Positions 1 to 10,960 of a DNA stretch of 64,000 bases are shown one piece after another. The notes beneath the pieces are model-generated. The model had not been told where the DNA came from. It saw nothing but the letters and a program-made list of their open reading frames with translations, and searched no databases. Location: the NCBI GenBank assembly GCA_039190745.1, contig JBCCXZ010000002.1, positions 76,508 through 140,507 of the forward strand, written 5' to 3'. The position numbers and the translations under genes were made by a program. Each line of letters starts with the position of its first letter. The first letter of the stretch is position 1. This DNA comes from Planctomycetota bacterium. GTDB taxonomy: Bacteria > Planctomycetota > Planctomycetia > Pirellulales > Lacipirellulaceae.

Positions 1-852
1 GGCGACGCCGACCGACCGGGCCAGCCCGCCGGTGTCGCGGGCGAGATACTTCACGAAGCCGAAGCGTCGGCCGTCTTTGCCGTTGATCGGCCCGGTCGAG
101 CCGCGGGGGATGACGGTCGACTGGCGAATCAGCTCACGGGTCTTGGTGAACTCCTCTAGGTCGCGGCGGAAGACGAACTGCAGGCCTTGTTCTGTCTCGA
201 CCTCGAGCACCTCACGGCCGGGATCGACCATGCCGAGCGCGAGAGCCTCGGGCACGGTGCGTGTCGAATTGGCGATCTCGCGGTAGGCGGCGACGACGGT
301 CTCACTGACGGGCTCGCCCTGCGGGTCGTCGGCGGGGGCGTTGCCGATTTCGGCTGCGGGGGCCATGACGATCTCTTCGCAGGCCATCGCCAGGAGCACC
401 CCGTGGCCTTCAACGGTTCGGGGGAGGAACGCCACGGTTTTGACGCCGGCCATCTCGCGGCCGCCGAGGAACCGGGCTACCGCGAGCGAACGCTCGAAGC
501 GGCCGCCCTCGCTGACCGAGGAGCCGGGCACGAGTTCGATCACCAGCACCGGTCGGCGAGCGTCGCCGGTGGCGCGGGCGGCCTCGAGCAAGCGGTCCCG
601 GCTGCGGGTGAGCGTGCGTTGCACCGAGCTGTCGGCGCTGCCGGTCAGCGGCAGGCGGACGCGGACGAGTGCGGCGGGCGTGGAGGCCTTCGGCGCTTTC
701 TGATCGCTTTCTTCCGCTGTTTGCTGAGGAGCGGGTGCGGCGTCGGCCTGATCTTGCTCGGCGCCATCCTGGCCGGCAACTGGTGAGGCGGCGATTGTGC
801 AGAGCACCAGCGCGGCGAGCCAAGCGTAGGCGTTTTGCTGCGGGTCGCGCAT
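1..852 (-). CDS. NfeD-like (ClpP/crotonase-class) exported or membrane protein; runs off the window start
   Basis: Not in the ORF track because there is no stop in the window. My translation from ATG at 852: MRDPQQNAYAWLAALVLCTIAASPVAGQD...VRVRLPLTG...PVLVIEL...KTVAFLPRTVEGHGVLLAMACEEIVMAPAAEIGNA. Signal peptide plus NfeD N-terminal pattern; TATAAT on the minus strand at 930-935. Confidence 0.7.
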   Translation of the reverse strand, partial: MRDPQQNAYAWLAALVLCTIAASPVAGQDGAEQDQADAAPAPQQTAEESDQKAPKASTPAALVRVRLPLTGSADSSVQRTLTRSRDRLLEAARATGDARRPVLVIELVPGSSVSEGGRFERSLAVARFLGGREMAGVKTVAFLPRTVEGHGVLLAMACEEIVMAPAAEIGNAPADDPQGEPVSETVVAAYREIANSTRTVPEALALGMVDPGREVLEVETEQGLQFVFRRDLEEFTKTRELIRQSTVIPRGSTGPINGKDGRRFGFVKYLARDTGGLARSVGVA

Positions 853-976
853 ACAGGTCATCCGGGGCCTTTCCTTAGTTCCGCAGACCGGACCGGATCG
901 GGTCTGTCGATCCGGGCCTTCACGGCGGAATTATAGGCCTGTAACCGCCGGGCAGCAAAGAAAGGCAACCGCGGCC

Positions 977-1870
977 TTAGCGGCGTGCGCCGTACTGCGA
1001 CCGCAGGGCCACCCGCATGCCGCCTTTGACGACCTGCTCGAAGCTGCCGGCTGCGGTGGTCTGTGTGCTGGTGAGGCTCAGCGGGCCGTTCACCTCGGCG
1101 GCGATGGTGCGGCACGTGGCGACCTCGATCGCCATCCGGCCGGTGACCTGGAACTCTTGGGCCTCGCTGTCGCGGTCGACCGCGTCGATGGTGGTGGCGA
1201 ACACGGCGCACGATTGGTCGTCGATCTCCTTGATGTGCTCCAGCTGCATGGTCATGCGGCGGACCTCGCCGACGTCGCCGCTGAGGCCGAGCAGTTGCTC
1301 GGCCAGTTCGCGGGGGACCTCGATGGTCTCGCCCATCGGGATCGCGTGCGCCAACAGGAACTCGGCGAGCGGGTTGGGCTTGCCGAACGTCTTCAGTGAT
1401 TCGTACACGAGCTCGAATTCTTGCCGCGGCGGGAGCGTGCCGTCGGGTTTGCGGATTTTGAGGCGGTCGTCGACGCGTTCGACGAGGTAGCTCTTGCCCT
1501 CGACGGATTGCGGGGTCATCTCGTCGGGCGTCTCGCCCTCGGGCCCCTGCCGGCGGCTGATGGGGAACGAGACCTCGCCCCGCCGCACGCGGCCGTCGAC
1601 CACTTCGAGCACCTTCACCACGCGCTGCTGCTTGCGGTGGATGGTGGAGCGGCTCTCGTGGGCGATCTGCTCGGACTGGGTGATGGTGGTGGTGACGTCG
1701 AGCTCGACCTCGACCTGCTGAACAACGCTGTCGCCGACAGCGGCGGGTTGCTGCTGGAAGCTGACGTAGTTTGTAGTCTTGGGACCGGTCTCGTCTTCGG
1801 CCGCGGATGCGGGCAGGGCTGTGATAGTGACGAACAGAAGAGCGAACGAAGCGCGGCGATAGGTATGCAT
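977..1870 (-). CDS. Hypothetical secreted beta-rich protein
   Basis: ORF 977..2080; probable start MHTYRRASFALLFVTITALPASA (signal peptide). The upstream extension is translated REP sequence. Confidence 0.7.
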   Translation of the reverse strand: MHTYRRASFALLFVTITALPASAAEDETGPKTTNYVSFQQQPAAVGDSVVQQVEVELDVTTTITQSEQIAHESRSTIHRKQQRVVKVLEVVDGRVRRGEVSFPISRRQGPEGETPDEMTPQSVEGKSYLVERVDDRLKIRKPDGTLPPRQEFELVYESLKTFGKPNPLAEFLLAHAIPMGETIEVPRELAEQLLGLSGDVGEVRRMTMQLEHIKEIDDQSCAVFATTIDAVDRDSEAQEFQVTGRMAIEVATCRTIAAEVNGPLSLTSTQTTAAGSFEQVVKGGMRVALRSQYGARR

Positions 1871-1890
1871 GACGATGCCGTTTATTGTTT

Positions 1891-1964
1891 GGTGCCATGC
1901 CCACGCTTGCGTGGGCATGGCGACCTGGTGATTCACATGCCCACGCAAGCGTGGGCATGGCACC
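1891..1964. repeat. REP-like doublet, family 1
   Basis: GGTGCCATGCCCACGCTTGCGTGGGCATG (1891-1919) and its exact reverse complement (1936-1964); each arm is itself a hairpin. Confidence 0.9.
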
Positions 1965-2061
1965 GGGGGACTGGAGAAGTGGCGCGGGATGGTCGCCGCT
2001 GGGCGGGGTGTGGTCAACGGCAAGTTGCTGGCGGATGCGGTTGCTAGCAGGCAGCAGCAAC

Positions 2062-2138
2062 GTAGGATGGGTGCTTGCACCCATCTTCTCTGTCGATGTC
2101 CCCTCGCTAGGCAAGATGGGTGCGAGCACCCATCCTAC
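2062..2138. repeat. GTAG-type REP doublet (REPIN-like), family 2
   Basis: GTAGGATGGGTGCTTGCACCCATC (2062-2085) inverted against GATGGGTGCGAGCACCCATCCTAC (2115-2138). Confidence 0.9.
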
Positions 2139-3019
2139 GATTGCTCGGCGAGCATCTGATCTAATGCCGCAACGGCGACCGGCCAGCCGGTGACGGAGTC
2201 GCGATAGGTATTCCACCAGTTGTGAAGAGCTTCGGCCGTGGGGGCGGGGTCGCCAGGGACACAGTGCCAGGCTTCGAGCGCCGCGGGGAGCATCTCCACG
2301 CCGCCGGCGGCGAGGCCGAGGTCTTCGCTGGCGGCGAGCGCCACCGGCACCGTGGCCAGCGCCGAAGCACGCGCGGCACGCAGCGGGCCGACCGCTTCGG
2401 CGACCGCGGGCAGGTCGGCGTTGAGCTGCGCGAGGAGCCAGCCTAGGCGGAGCGTCTCGGCGAGGTCGGGGCGGGCGTCGGTGAGCAGGCCCTCGAACAC
2501 CACGCGGTTAGTGATGGGGTAGGCGTAGCCGTGGCCGCCGGCGAGCGGGGCGACCAGCACCACCTCGGCCGAGTCGGGCGTGAGTTGAGCACCGGCTAGG
2601 CGGTGCATCGCCTTGAGCAGCCCTGGGCCGCGGGCCTCCCACTGCTCCCGCAGCGGGCGGGTGCGGGCGACGAGTTCTTCGGCCAGCTTGGGGCGCTGGC
2701 GCATCATCGTCGACTCGAGCGACGCGACCGCGGCGGCGAGCGTGCTCACGCGGGCGTCGGTGGTTTCCGATTGGCCGAAGACGCGCACCAACGCAGCACG
2801 GGCCAGCTCGCGGTTGTTCTCAAACTGGGCCGAGAGCGAACCGAGCGCCCGCAGGAGTGCTTCAGCGTTGTCGCCGTACTCTACTGTTGCACGCAGCAAG
2901 CCCTCCGCCTGGGGCAGCAACTCGGCGGCAAGCTGCGTGTCGACAATCTCCAGCCCGTCGCCGATGACGCGGGCGGCGTGGCTGCAGCTGGCGGAGGTGC
3001 TGGTCTTCCAGGTGAGCAT
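2135..3019 (-). CDS. Hypothetical protein
   Basis: 294-aa ORF downstream of metG, same strand, protein-like composition. Confidence 0.7.
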   Translation of the reverse strand: MLTWKTSTSASCSHAARVIGDGLEIVDTQLAAELLPQAEGLLRATVEYGDNAEALLRALGSLSAQFENNRELARAALVRVFGQSETTDARVSTLAAAVASLESTMMRQRPKLAEELVARTRPLREQWEARGPGLLKAMHRLAGAQLTPDSAEVVLVAPLAGGHGYAYPITNRVVFEGLLTDARPDLAETLRLGWLLAQLNADLPAVAEAVGPLRAARASALATVPVALAASEDLGLAAGGVEMLPAALEAWHCVPGDPAPTAEALHNWWNTYRDSVTGWPVAVAALDQMLAEQS

Positions 3020-3021
3020 GA

Positions 3022-3138
3022 GGAATGTGAGATGTAGGATGTGAGGTTGACGATGTCAGAGGGAAAAGAAATCGCAACGGCAAGTTCAGACCCGTACCGC
3101 TTTCACATCGTCAATCTAACATCTTCCATTTCACTTCC
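3022..3138. repeat. Imperfect inverted repeat built from ~7-nt units (GATGTGA-like)
   Basis: Left arm GGAATGTGAGATGTAGGATGTGAGGTTGACGATGTCA. Reverse complement of right arm GGAAGTGAAATGGAAGATGTTAGATTGACGATGTGAA. Confidence 0.75.
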
Positions 3139-3142
3139 ACTC

Positions 3143-5200
<2,058 letters not shown>

Positions 5201-5654
5201 CGAGTAGCGGGTTCGGTTAAGGGGTTGCGGCGTGGCTGGGGGCGTATTCTACCGGCAGTCCGCGGGGGCCGGGAGGTCGCTGGCGCCGGAGTGGCGCGGC
5301 ATTCGCACTACGGGCGTGCGGCTACGGCTCAATGAGCGGTCGCCGGCATAAAACCCGGGAATTCGCACCCGCGGGTGAGATTGGCCTTGTAGGAATTACG
5401 CATGTTCAAGACAGTCCGTCCCCCCACCGGCGTCCCCCCTTGAGACCTACCCGCAACCTGAGAGACCTACCCCCGCACCGGCGGCGCTTTTGAGCTGGAA
5501 GGATCTGGCCGACGCGACGCGAGTGGTGCACCGCTTCTGAGAACAGACCCGGCTGAGGCTGGCGGCGTTCGCGCTGTTGGCGCCCGAGGGTCGCCCCACA
5601 ACCAAGACTTCCCGCTTTGCCGGGCGGCCGCGCTGGTATCCATGGAGGGAACCG

Positions 5655-7139
5655 ATGGCCTGCTACCGCACACGAATATTCCCCACCCTGTTGTTGCTGC
5701 CAACGCTGTTGCTGCTGTTGGCGGCCGACGCTTCTCTCTCGCGTGCCGAGACGACCCTGCTGTGCTTCTCGTCGCCCAGCTGCGGACCCTGTCGGCAGAT
5801 GCAGCCCACCCTGCAGCGACTCGCCCAGGCGGGCCACCGGCTGCAGAAGATCGACGTGACGCGCGACCGGCAGACCGCGGCGCGGTTCCGGGTGGAGAGC
5901 GTCCCGACGTTCGTCGTGCTGGTCGACAATCGCGAGATGGCGCGGCTGGTCGGTTCGACCGATCAGGCCACGCTGCTGGGTATGCTCTCCAAGAGCGAGC
6001 ACCTCGCCGGCGTGGGCCGGCCGAGCGCCCCGGCGCACTCGCCAGCGACGCTCGCAGGGAACCCGTTCCCGAGCCTCCCCGGCTCTGCCGGCTCCAGACG
6101 GAACGCCGAAGAAGGCCGCATTGTGAAGGTGCAGGCCGAGGGCCCGCCGCGCGGAAGGCTGCTGGGTGCGACGGCGCGCGGGCCGGCCGCTGCAACGCAG
6201 AAAGACCTGATCGCCGTGACGGTGAAACTCTCGGTCGACGACCCGCAGGGGCAGTCCAACGGCACAGGCACCATCGTCGACGCCCGCAAGGGGCAGGCAC
6301 TGGTGCTAACGTGCGGGCACCTGTTCCGTGAGTCGGGCGGTTCGGGAGCGATCATGGTGACGCTCTACGAGTCGTCGCCCAGCGGTGCTGTGCAGCGAGC
6401 GACCGTACCAGGCAAGCTGATCGACTACGACCTCGACCGCGACCTGGGCCTGGTGGCGATCCAGCCGGGGGTGGCGGTGCAGGCGGCGGCGATCGCCCCG
6501 GTCGGCACGGCCACGGCTCCCGGTGAGGCGGTCGCCTCGGTCGGTTGCAACCAGGGCGCCGACCCGACCGTGCTGCGTTCGCGCGTGACAACGGTCGACC
6601 GCTACTCGGGGCACCCGAACCTGCAAGTGGCAGGCGCGCCGATTGAAGGACGCAGCGGCGGCGGGTTGTTCAACAGCCGCGGGCAGCTGGTCGGCGTTTG
6701 CTTCGCGGCCGACCCCGAAGGCAACGAAGGCCTGTACGCAGCGGCCCGTTCGGTCCAAGCCAAGCTCGACGCGTTGCAGCTCTCGATGGTGTACCGCTCG
6801 CCTTCGCTTGAGGGCGGTCCGGCAGACGGCAATCCGCCCGCGACGGCGCTGGCCGCGTCGCCGCAGCCTACGGCAACGACGCCGGGAACGGTGCGTGGGC
6901 AAAACTCACTGGCCGCGGCTCCGGTGCCGAACCTGAGCCCCGCAGAGCAGGCCGGCCTGGAAGAGATTGTCGCTCGCGCGGTGCAATCGGAAGTTGTCGT
7001 CGTGGTTCGGCCGAAAGAGCTCGGCGGTAAGAGCGAGGTCTTCACGCTCCGCGATGTCTCACCAGAGTTCCTGGCCCGCTTGCGTGAGGCGCAGCCGGGC
7101 CGTTCGACCAACGCGGCCGCGGGCGCCCTGCTTCGGTAG
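5655..7139 (+). CDS. Secreted thioredoxin-domain / trypsin-like serine protease fusion
   Basis: Signal peptide; CGPC; protease triad motifs LTCGH, DLGLV, GRSGGGL; GGAGG upstream of ATG 5655. Confidence 0.88.
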   Translation: MACYRTRIFPTLLLLPTLLLLLAADASLSRAETTLLCFSSPSCGPCRQMQPTLQRLAQAGHRLQKIDVTRDRQTAARFRVESVPTFVVLVDNREMARLVGSTDQATLLGMLSKSEHLAGVGRPSAPAHSPATLAGNPFPSLPGSAGSRRNAEEGRIVKVQAEGPPRGRLLGATARGPAAATQKDLIAVTVKLSVDDPQGQSNGTGTIVDARKGQALVLTCGHLFRESGGSGAIMVTLYESSPSGAVQRATVPGKLIDYDLDRDLGLVAIQPGVAVQAAAIAPVGTATAPGEAVASVGCNQGADPTVLRSRVTTVDRYSGHPNLQVAGAPIEGRSGGGLFNSRGQLVGVCFAADPEGNEGLYAAARSVQAKLDALQLSMVYRSPSLEGGPADGNPPATALAASPQPTATTPGTVRGQNSLAAAPVPNLSPAEQAGLEEIVARAVQSEVVVVVRPKELGGKSEVFTLRDVSPEFLARLREAQPGRSTNAAAGALLR

Positions 7140-7282
7140 GCCAGGGCTTGGGGTGGCCGGCATATCTGTCGTTACCGGCGCAACCCGGTTCGGTCCTTGT
7201 TTCTACGGGCCGGCATTCCCTGAAGAACAGCGCCCACGCGTGACCTAGACTGCCACTAGGCAGCAAACCGGCCGCCGTTTCC

Positions 7283-8614
7283 ATGAAAGGCCGGATGAGC
7301 CCAAGCCCCCACGGGGACGGTCTACTAATGGTCGCGTTCTTCACGATATCTCTGATCACCAACATGGTGTTGGGGTACGCGCTGGCGGTCTACCTGGGCG
7401 GCGCCCGCTGGCCTTGGGAAGACGAGCCCGTCGGAGTACTCGACCGTGAGGTGGCAGAAGCCCAGTCTCGTCGGATCGAGGCGATGATCGGAGCCGAGAG
7501 CCGTACAGCAGAGAGGTCCGAAGAGTCAGAAGAAGGAGAGCCGGAGCCTCAGGTCTCAGCTGTTGCCGAGTCGGTCGAGCCGAGCCCGGAAACCGCGACC
7601 GAGGGCGACTCCGAGGAACAGAATCCTCCCGAGGAGCCGGCGGCCGTCGAAGCCGCCGAGACCCTCGACGAAGCCGAGTTGCTCGCGGCAGCGGAAGTTG
7701 CTGACGCTGGCGATGCGCCCGAGCAAGACGAAGAACGCTCTAGCGACGACAGTATCGCCGAGCCGATCGATGCCGAAGCAGAGCCTGAGCCAGAAACACT
7801 CGCCGCGGCCGGAGCCGACCTAGCGGAAGACAAGTCGGTTGCGGAAGCTCCAGCCGGCGAAGAAGTCGCTGAAGCAGACACAGCCGCCGAAGCCGAAGCG
7901 GAAAAAACCGTCGAGGCGACCGACTCCGATCCGGTTGTCACGATCGAAGAGCCGGAAGACGAGTTGGCCGCTGAAGCGGCGGAGCTTGCAGAGGCTGCGG
8001 AGGTCGCTGAAGAACTGGTCGTCGAGCCTGAATCGGAAAGTACAGAATCGGAAAGTACAGAATCGGACAGCCCAAAGCCCGGCAGCGAATCGTCGGAAAT
8101 CGTCGAAGAGGCAGCGGACTCCGTCACCGCCGAAGAGGCGAGCGTTGAGTCTACGGCCAACGACCCTGCGGGCGTTGAGGCCCCGATCGAAGCTGCTGCT
8201 CCGGTTGAAACCGAACCCGCAGCCGAAGACTTCGATGGCGACGAATTGCTCGCCGCAGCGGAAGCGCTCGCGGACGAGGCGTCGGCAGCCACGGAGGCTC
8301 CCGTAGCGGATGAGCCTGCGTTAGAGGCGGTGATCGAAGAGCCGTCGGCCGAAGCAGTTCAAGAAACTGAACCAACGACCGAGCCCGCAGAACAGGCGTC
8401 CGCTGCCCCGGAAGACGACATCATGAAAGGCCTGGAGGCGTTCCGCAATCAGCTCTCCAGCGCCCGTGAGTCTTCGTCTCTCGACGGCATGCGGAACAGC
8501 AAACCTAAGACACAAGACGAAGCCGAGGAGCCCAAAGAAGAGGGCTCGACGCTCGACGACGCGCTGGCCGGCATCGAGGCGTTCCGCCAACAGCTCGCGA
8601 ACATGAACGAGTAA
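7283..8614 (+). CDS. Membrane-anchored, highly acidic low-complexity protein
   Basis: N-terminal hydrophobic helix (FFTISLITNMVLGYALAVYLG) followed by ~350 aa rich in E/A/D. Start may be the second Met-Val (MVAFF). Confidence 0.8.
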   Translation: MKGRMSPSPHGDGLLMVAFFTISLITNMVLGYALAVYLGGARWPWEDEPVGVLDREVAEAQSRRIEAMIGAESRTAERSEESEEGEPEPQVSAVAESVEPSPETATEGDSEEQNPPEEPAAVEAAETLDEAELLAAAEVADAGDAPEQDEERSSDDSIAEPIDAEAEPEPETLAAAGADLAEDKSVAEAPAGEEVAEADTAAEAEAEKTVEATDSDPVVTIEEPEDELAAEAAELAEAAEVAEELVVEPESESTESESTESDSPKPGSESSEIVEEAADSVTAEEASVESTANDPAGVEAPIEAAAPVETEPAAEDFDGDELLAAAEALADEASAATEAPVADEPALEAVIEEPSAEAVQETEPTTEPAEQASAAPEDDIMKGLEAFRNQLSSARESSSLDGMRNSKPKTQDEAEEPKEEGSTLDDALAGIEAFRQQLANMNE

Positions 8615-8640
8615 GCACACCGCTCGGTCGTGCCAGGGAT

Positions 8641-9108
8641 TCATTCGTCGGCGAGCTCGAACACCGCTTCGATCTCCACGGCCATGCCTGCCGGCAAAGA
8701 AGCAGCCCCGATCGCGCTGCGGGCCGCGACGCCGTTGTCTTCTCCGAAGACGTCCCGCATCAGTTCGCTAAAGCCGTTGATCACCGCGGCGTGGCCGGTG
8801 AAGTCGCTGGTCGCCTGAACCAGGCCGAAGGTCTTCACAAGACGCGCAACCACGTCGAGCGAGCCGAACTCGGCACGGAGCGTGGCGAGCATGGCGAGGC
8901 CGGTCTGACGGGCGGCCTGGTAGCCTTCCTCGGCGGTCATGTCGTCGCCGACACGCCCCGTGATGAGCCTCTTGTCGGCCAGCAGCGGGCCGTGACCCGA
9001 GGTGTACGCCAGCCCTCCGACACGGAGGACAGGGCGGTAGAGCCCGAGGGCTTCGCCGGCGGGCGGCAGCTCAAGGCCGAGCTCTTGTATGCGTTGGTCG
9101 AAACTCAT
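8641..9108 (-). CDS. RidA/YjgF family protein
   Basis: MSFDQRIQELGLELP..YTSGHGP..INGFSELMRDVFG..ARSAIGAASLP..VEIEAVFE. Confidence 0.9.
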   Translation of the reverse strand: MSFDQRIQELGLELPPAGEALGLYRPVLRVGGLAYTSGHGPLLADKRLITGRVGDDMTAEEGYQAARQTGLAMLATLRAEFGSLDVVARLVKTFGLVQATSDFTGHAAVINGFSELMRDVFGEDNGVAARSAIGAASLPAGMAVEIEAVFELADE

Positions 9109-9182
9109 CGGGCCGTCTCTGAATCTAGTGTGCTCTGGTGTGCGTCGCGCAATCGGGCTCGGAGAGCCCCCTACAGTGAGAT

Positions 9183-9560
9183 CTATTCGCCGTAGACTTC
9201 TTGGGGATCGACGACTGGCTGGGAAGTAATCTGCCATGCGTCGCCGTTGCGCTTGCGGAAAAAGCAACTGCTGTAGCCCTCGTGACAGGCCGCCCCCCGC
9301 TGGTGGACGCGGAGCAGGATGGCGTCTCCGTCGCAGTCGACACGGGCCTCAACCAGCTGTTGAACGTGGCCGCTGGTCTCGCCCTTCTTCCAGAGCCGGT
9401 TGCGGCTGCGGCTGAAAAAGACGGCGACCCCTCCGCGGAGCGTTTCCTGCCACGCCTCTTCGTTCATGTAGGCAAGCATCAGCACCTGCTCGGTGCGGGC
9501 GTCTTGCACCACCGCGGGCAGGAGGCCCCCGCCGCGGCTGAAGTCTGGCAAGTCGGCCAC
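9183..9560 (-). CDS. hisI: Phosphoribosyl-AMP cyclohydrolase
   Basis: VLMLAYMN, FSRSRNRLWKKGETSGH, DCDGDA, ACHEGYSSCF. Confidence 0.95.
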   Translation of the reverse strand: MADLPDFSRGGGLLPAVVQDARTEQVLMLAYMNEEAWQETLRGGVAVFFSRSRNRLWKKGETSGHVQQLVEARVDCDGDAILLRVHQRGAACHEGYSSCFFRKRNGDAWQITSQPVVDPQEVYGE

Positions 9561-9834
9561 TCTGGTTGCTCCGGTTTCGTTCGCCGAGGAGTCTGCGTTC
9601 TGACGGCGGTCTACAGCTCGCTCTATAGCCTCGCCAAGGTGGCATCATAACTGAGCAAGGACGGGAAGCCTACGCGCGGGGTTCGGTCGGTGCTTCCCGC
9701 ACGATCGGGAAAGGCGCTCCGGATTGCCGCGGGTTGCAGCGGAAACGGCGGGCGGCCCGATACCTGGGACGTGAGGGAGGCGGAACCGCCCCGCCGTTTT
9801 GCCTCGCCGCCGCAGCCCCTCAAGGGAGACGCCC

Positions 9835-10446
9835 GTGCCCCAGCCGAAGACGCCCCAGCCGACGCCCCTCCTGCCGACGATCGTCCTGCCGGTCCACAAC
9901 GGCGAGCGCGACCTGCAACGCAGGGTCGCCGCCGTCCTGGAAGTCGCCGCCGACCTCGGCATCGAAGTGCGCGTTGCGGTCGTCGACGACGGCTCGGTCG
10001 ATCAGACGTACGAAGCCGCCTGCGAGATTTCCCGCGTCTTCCCTCAGGTGGCGGCGTTGCGGCAACCGGTGCGGAGCGGCCTGAAGGCGGTCCTGCGGCG
10101 TGCCGGCCAGAGGTACCCCGGCGCCGCGGCGATTGTGCACAACGGGGTCGACCAGATCGACGCGGGTTTGCTCCGCAGCATGCTCGAGCCGTTGGCCAAC
10201 CGGGGCTCGGCTCCGGCTTCGCACCGTTCGCCGTCTCGGGGCTCTCGTCGGTTGGGCGAGCTGCAGCGCCTGCAAGAGAACATGGAGCGTGCCCACCGCT
10301 CGCCGGGCATGTTCATCCGCGTCCGCCTGGAGGAGTCTGAAGCGGAAACGTTACGCAAGCCGGCCCCGGCTCCGAAGGGCGCCGCCGTAGCTCCCGCGAC
10401 TTGGACAGGCTCTTCGATGACGACGGGAATGCCCCAAACGTTCTGA
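9835..10446 (+). CDS. Truncated or degenerate glycosyltransferase family 2-like protein
   Basis: IVLPVHNGE..VAVVDDGSVDQT N-terminal GT2 motifs; GTG start after AGGGAG; the rest is divergent. Confidence 0.65.
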   Translation: MPQPKTPQPTPLLPTIVLPVHNGERDLQRRVAAVLEVAADLGIEVRVAVVDDGSVDQTYEAACEISRVFPQVAALRQPVRSGLKAVLRRAGQRYPGAAAIVHNGVDQIDAGLLRSMLEPLANRGSAPASHRSPSRGSRRLGELQRLQENMERAHRSPGMFIRVRLEESEAETLRKPAPAPKGAAVAPATWTGSSMTTGMPQTF

Positions 10447-10960
10447 GGAAGTCCTGCCGCTTTCGTTCCTCGGATAATTCCACGGCGTTGAAGTGCTTTA
10501 CCAAACCGAGCGGGCGGAGCGCGAGCTCGGGGGCCTCGGTTCCAAAAAGAGAGTGTCCACTGCGCAATCGTGTGGTGACACCGCAAGTACCGGCCGCACC
10601 TTACGTTGCAACTCGCTTGTTTCGCTTGTCGCGGGCGATGCCGTGTGTATGATGTCGTCGGCCAGAGGATGAGGAGCCGGCGGAGACGCCGCTTTCAACT
10701 CAATCGGTCGACCCTCGGCAGGGGCAAAACCTTTCTTGGCTGGTAGGTTCTGCGAAGGGTCTCAAAAGCGGTAGCGCGGCACTGATCGCTGGCGGCTGCA
10801 CACTTATCTCATTTGAACCAGCAGATCTATTTTTACCGCGGCACCGCCGATCGGGCTGCGCAGCAAGCGTTTGGACACGCTCAGCGATTCTCGCGAGCTT
10901 GCTGCCCCACCCTCGATGGCGCACTCGGCGTGCAGCGGCCAGCCAGGGAGCACAGAAGGC

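Noticed and set aside
858..2216. 452-aa ORF containing MPTLAWAC / HAHASVGMAP
   Set aside because: It is a translation of REP palindromes plus an off-frame reading of the 977..1870 gene.
5201..5400. Possible SAM riboswitch or T-box upstream of metG
   Set aside because: No recognisable conserved motifs; only a TAGAAT -10-like box.
10715..10780. GGGCAAAACC resembling a c-di-GMP-I riboswitch start (similar at ~22071)
   Set aside because: The GNRA-capped P2 stem and the following GCAAA/P3 elements are missing.
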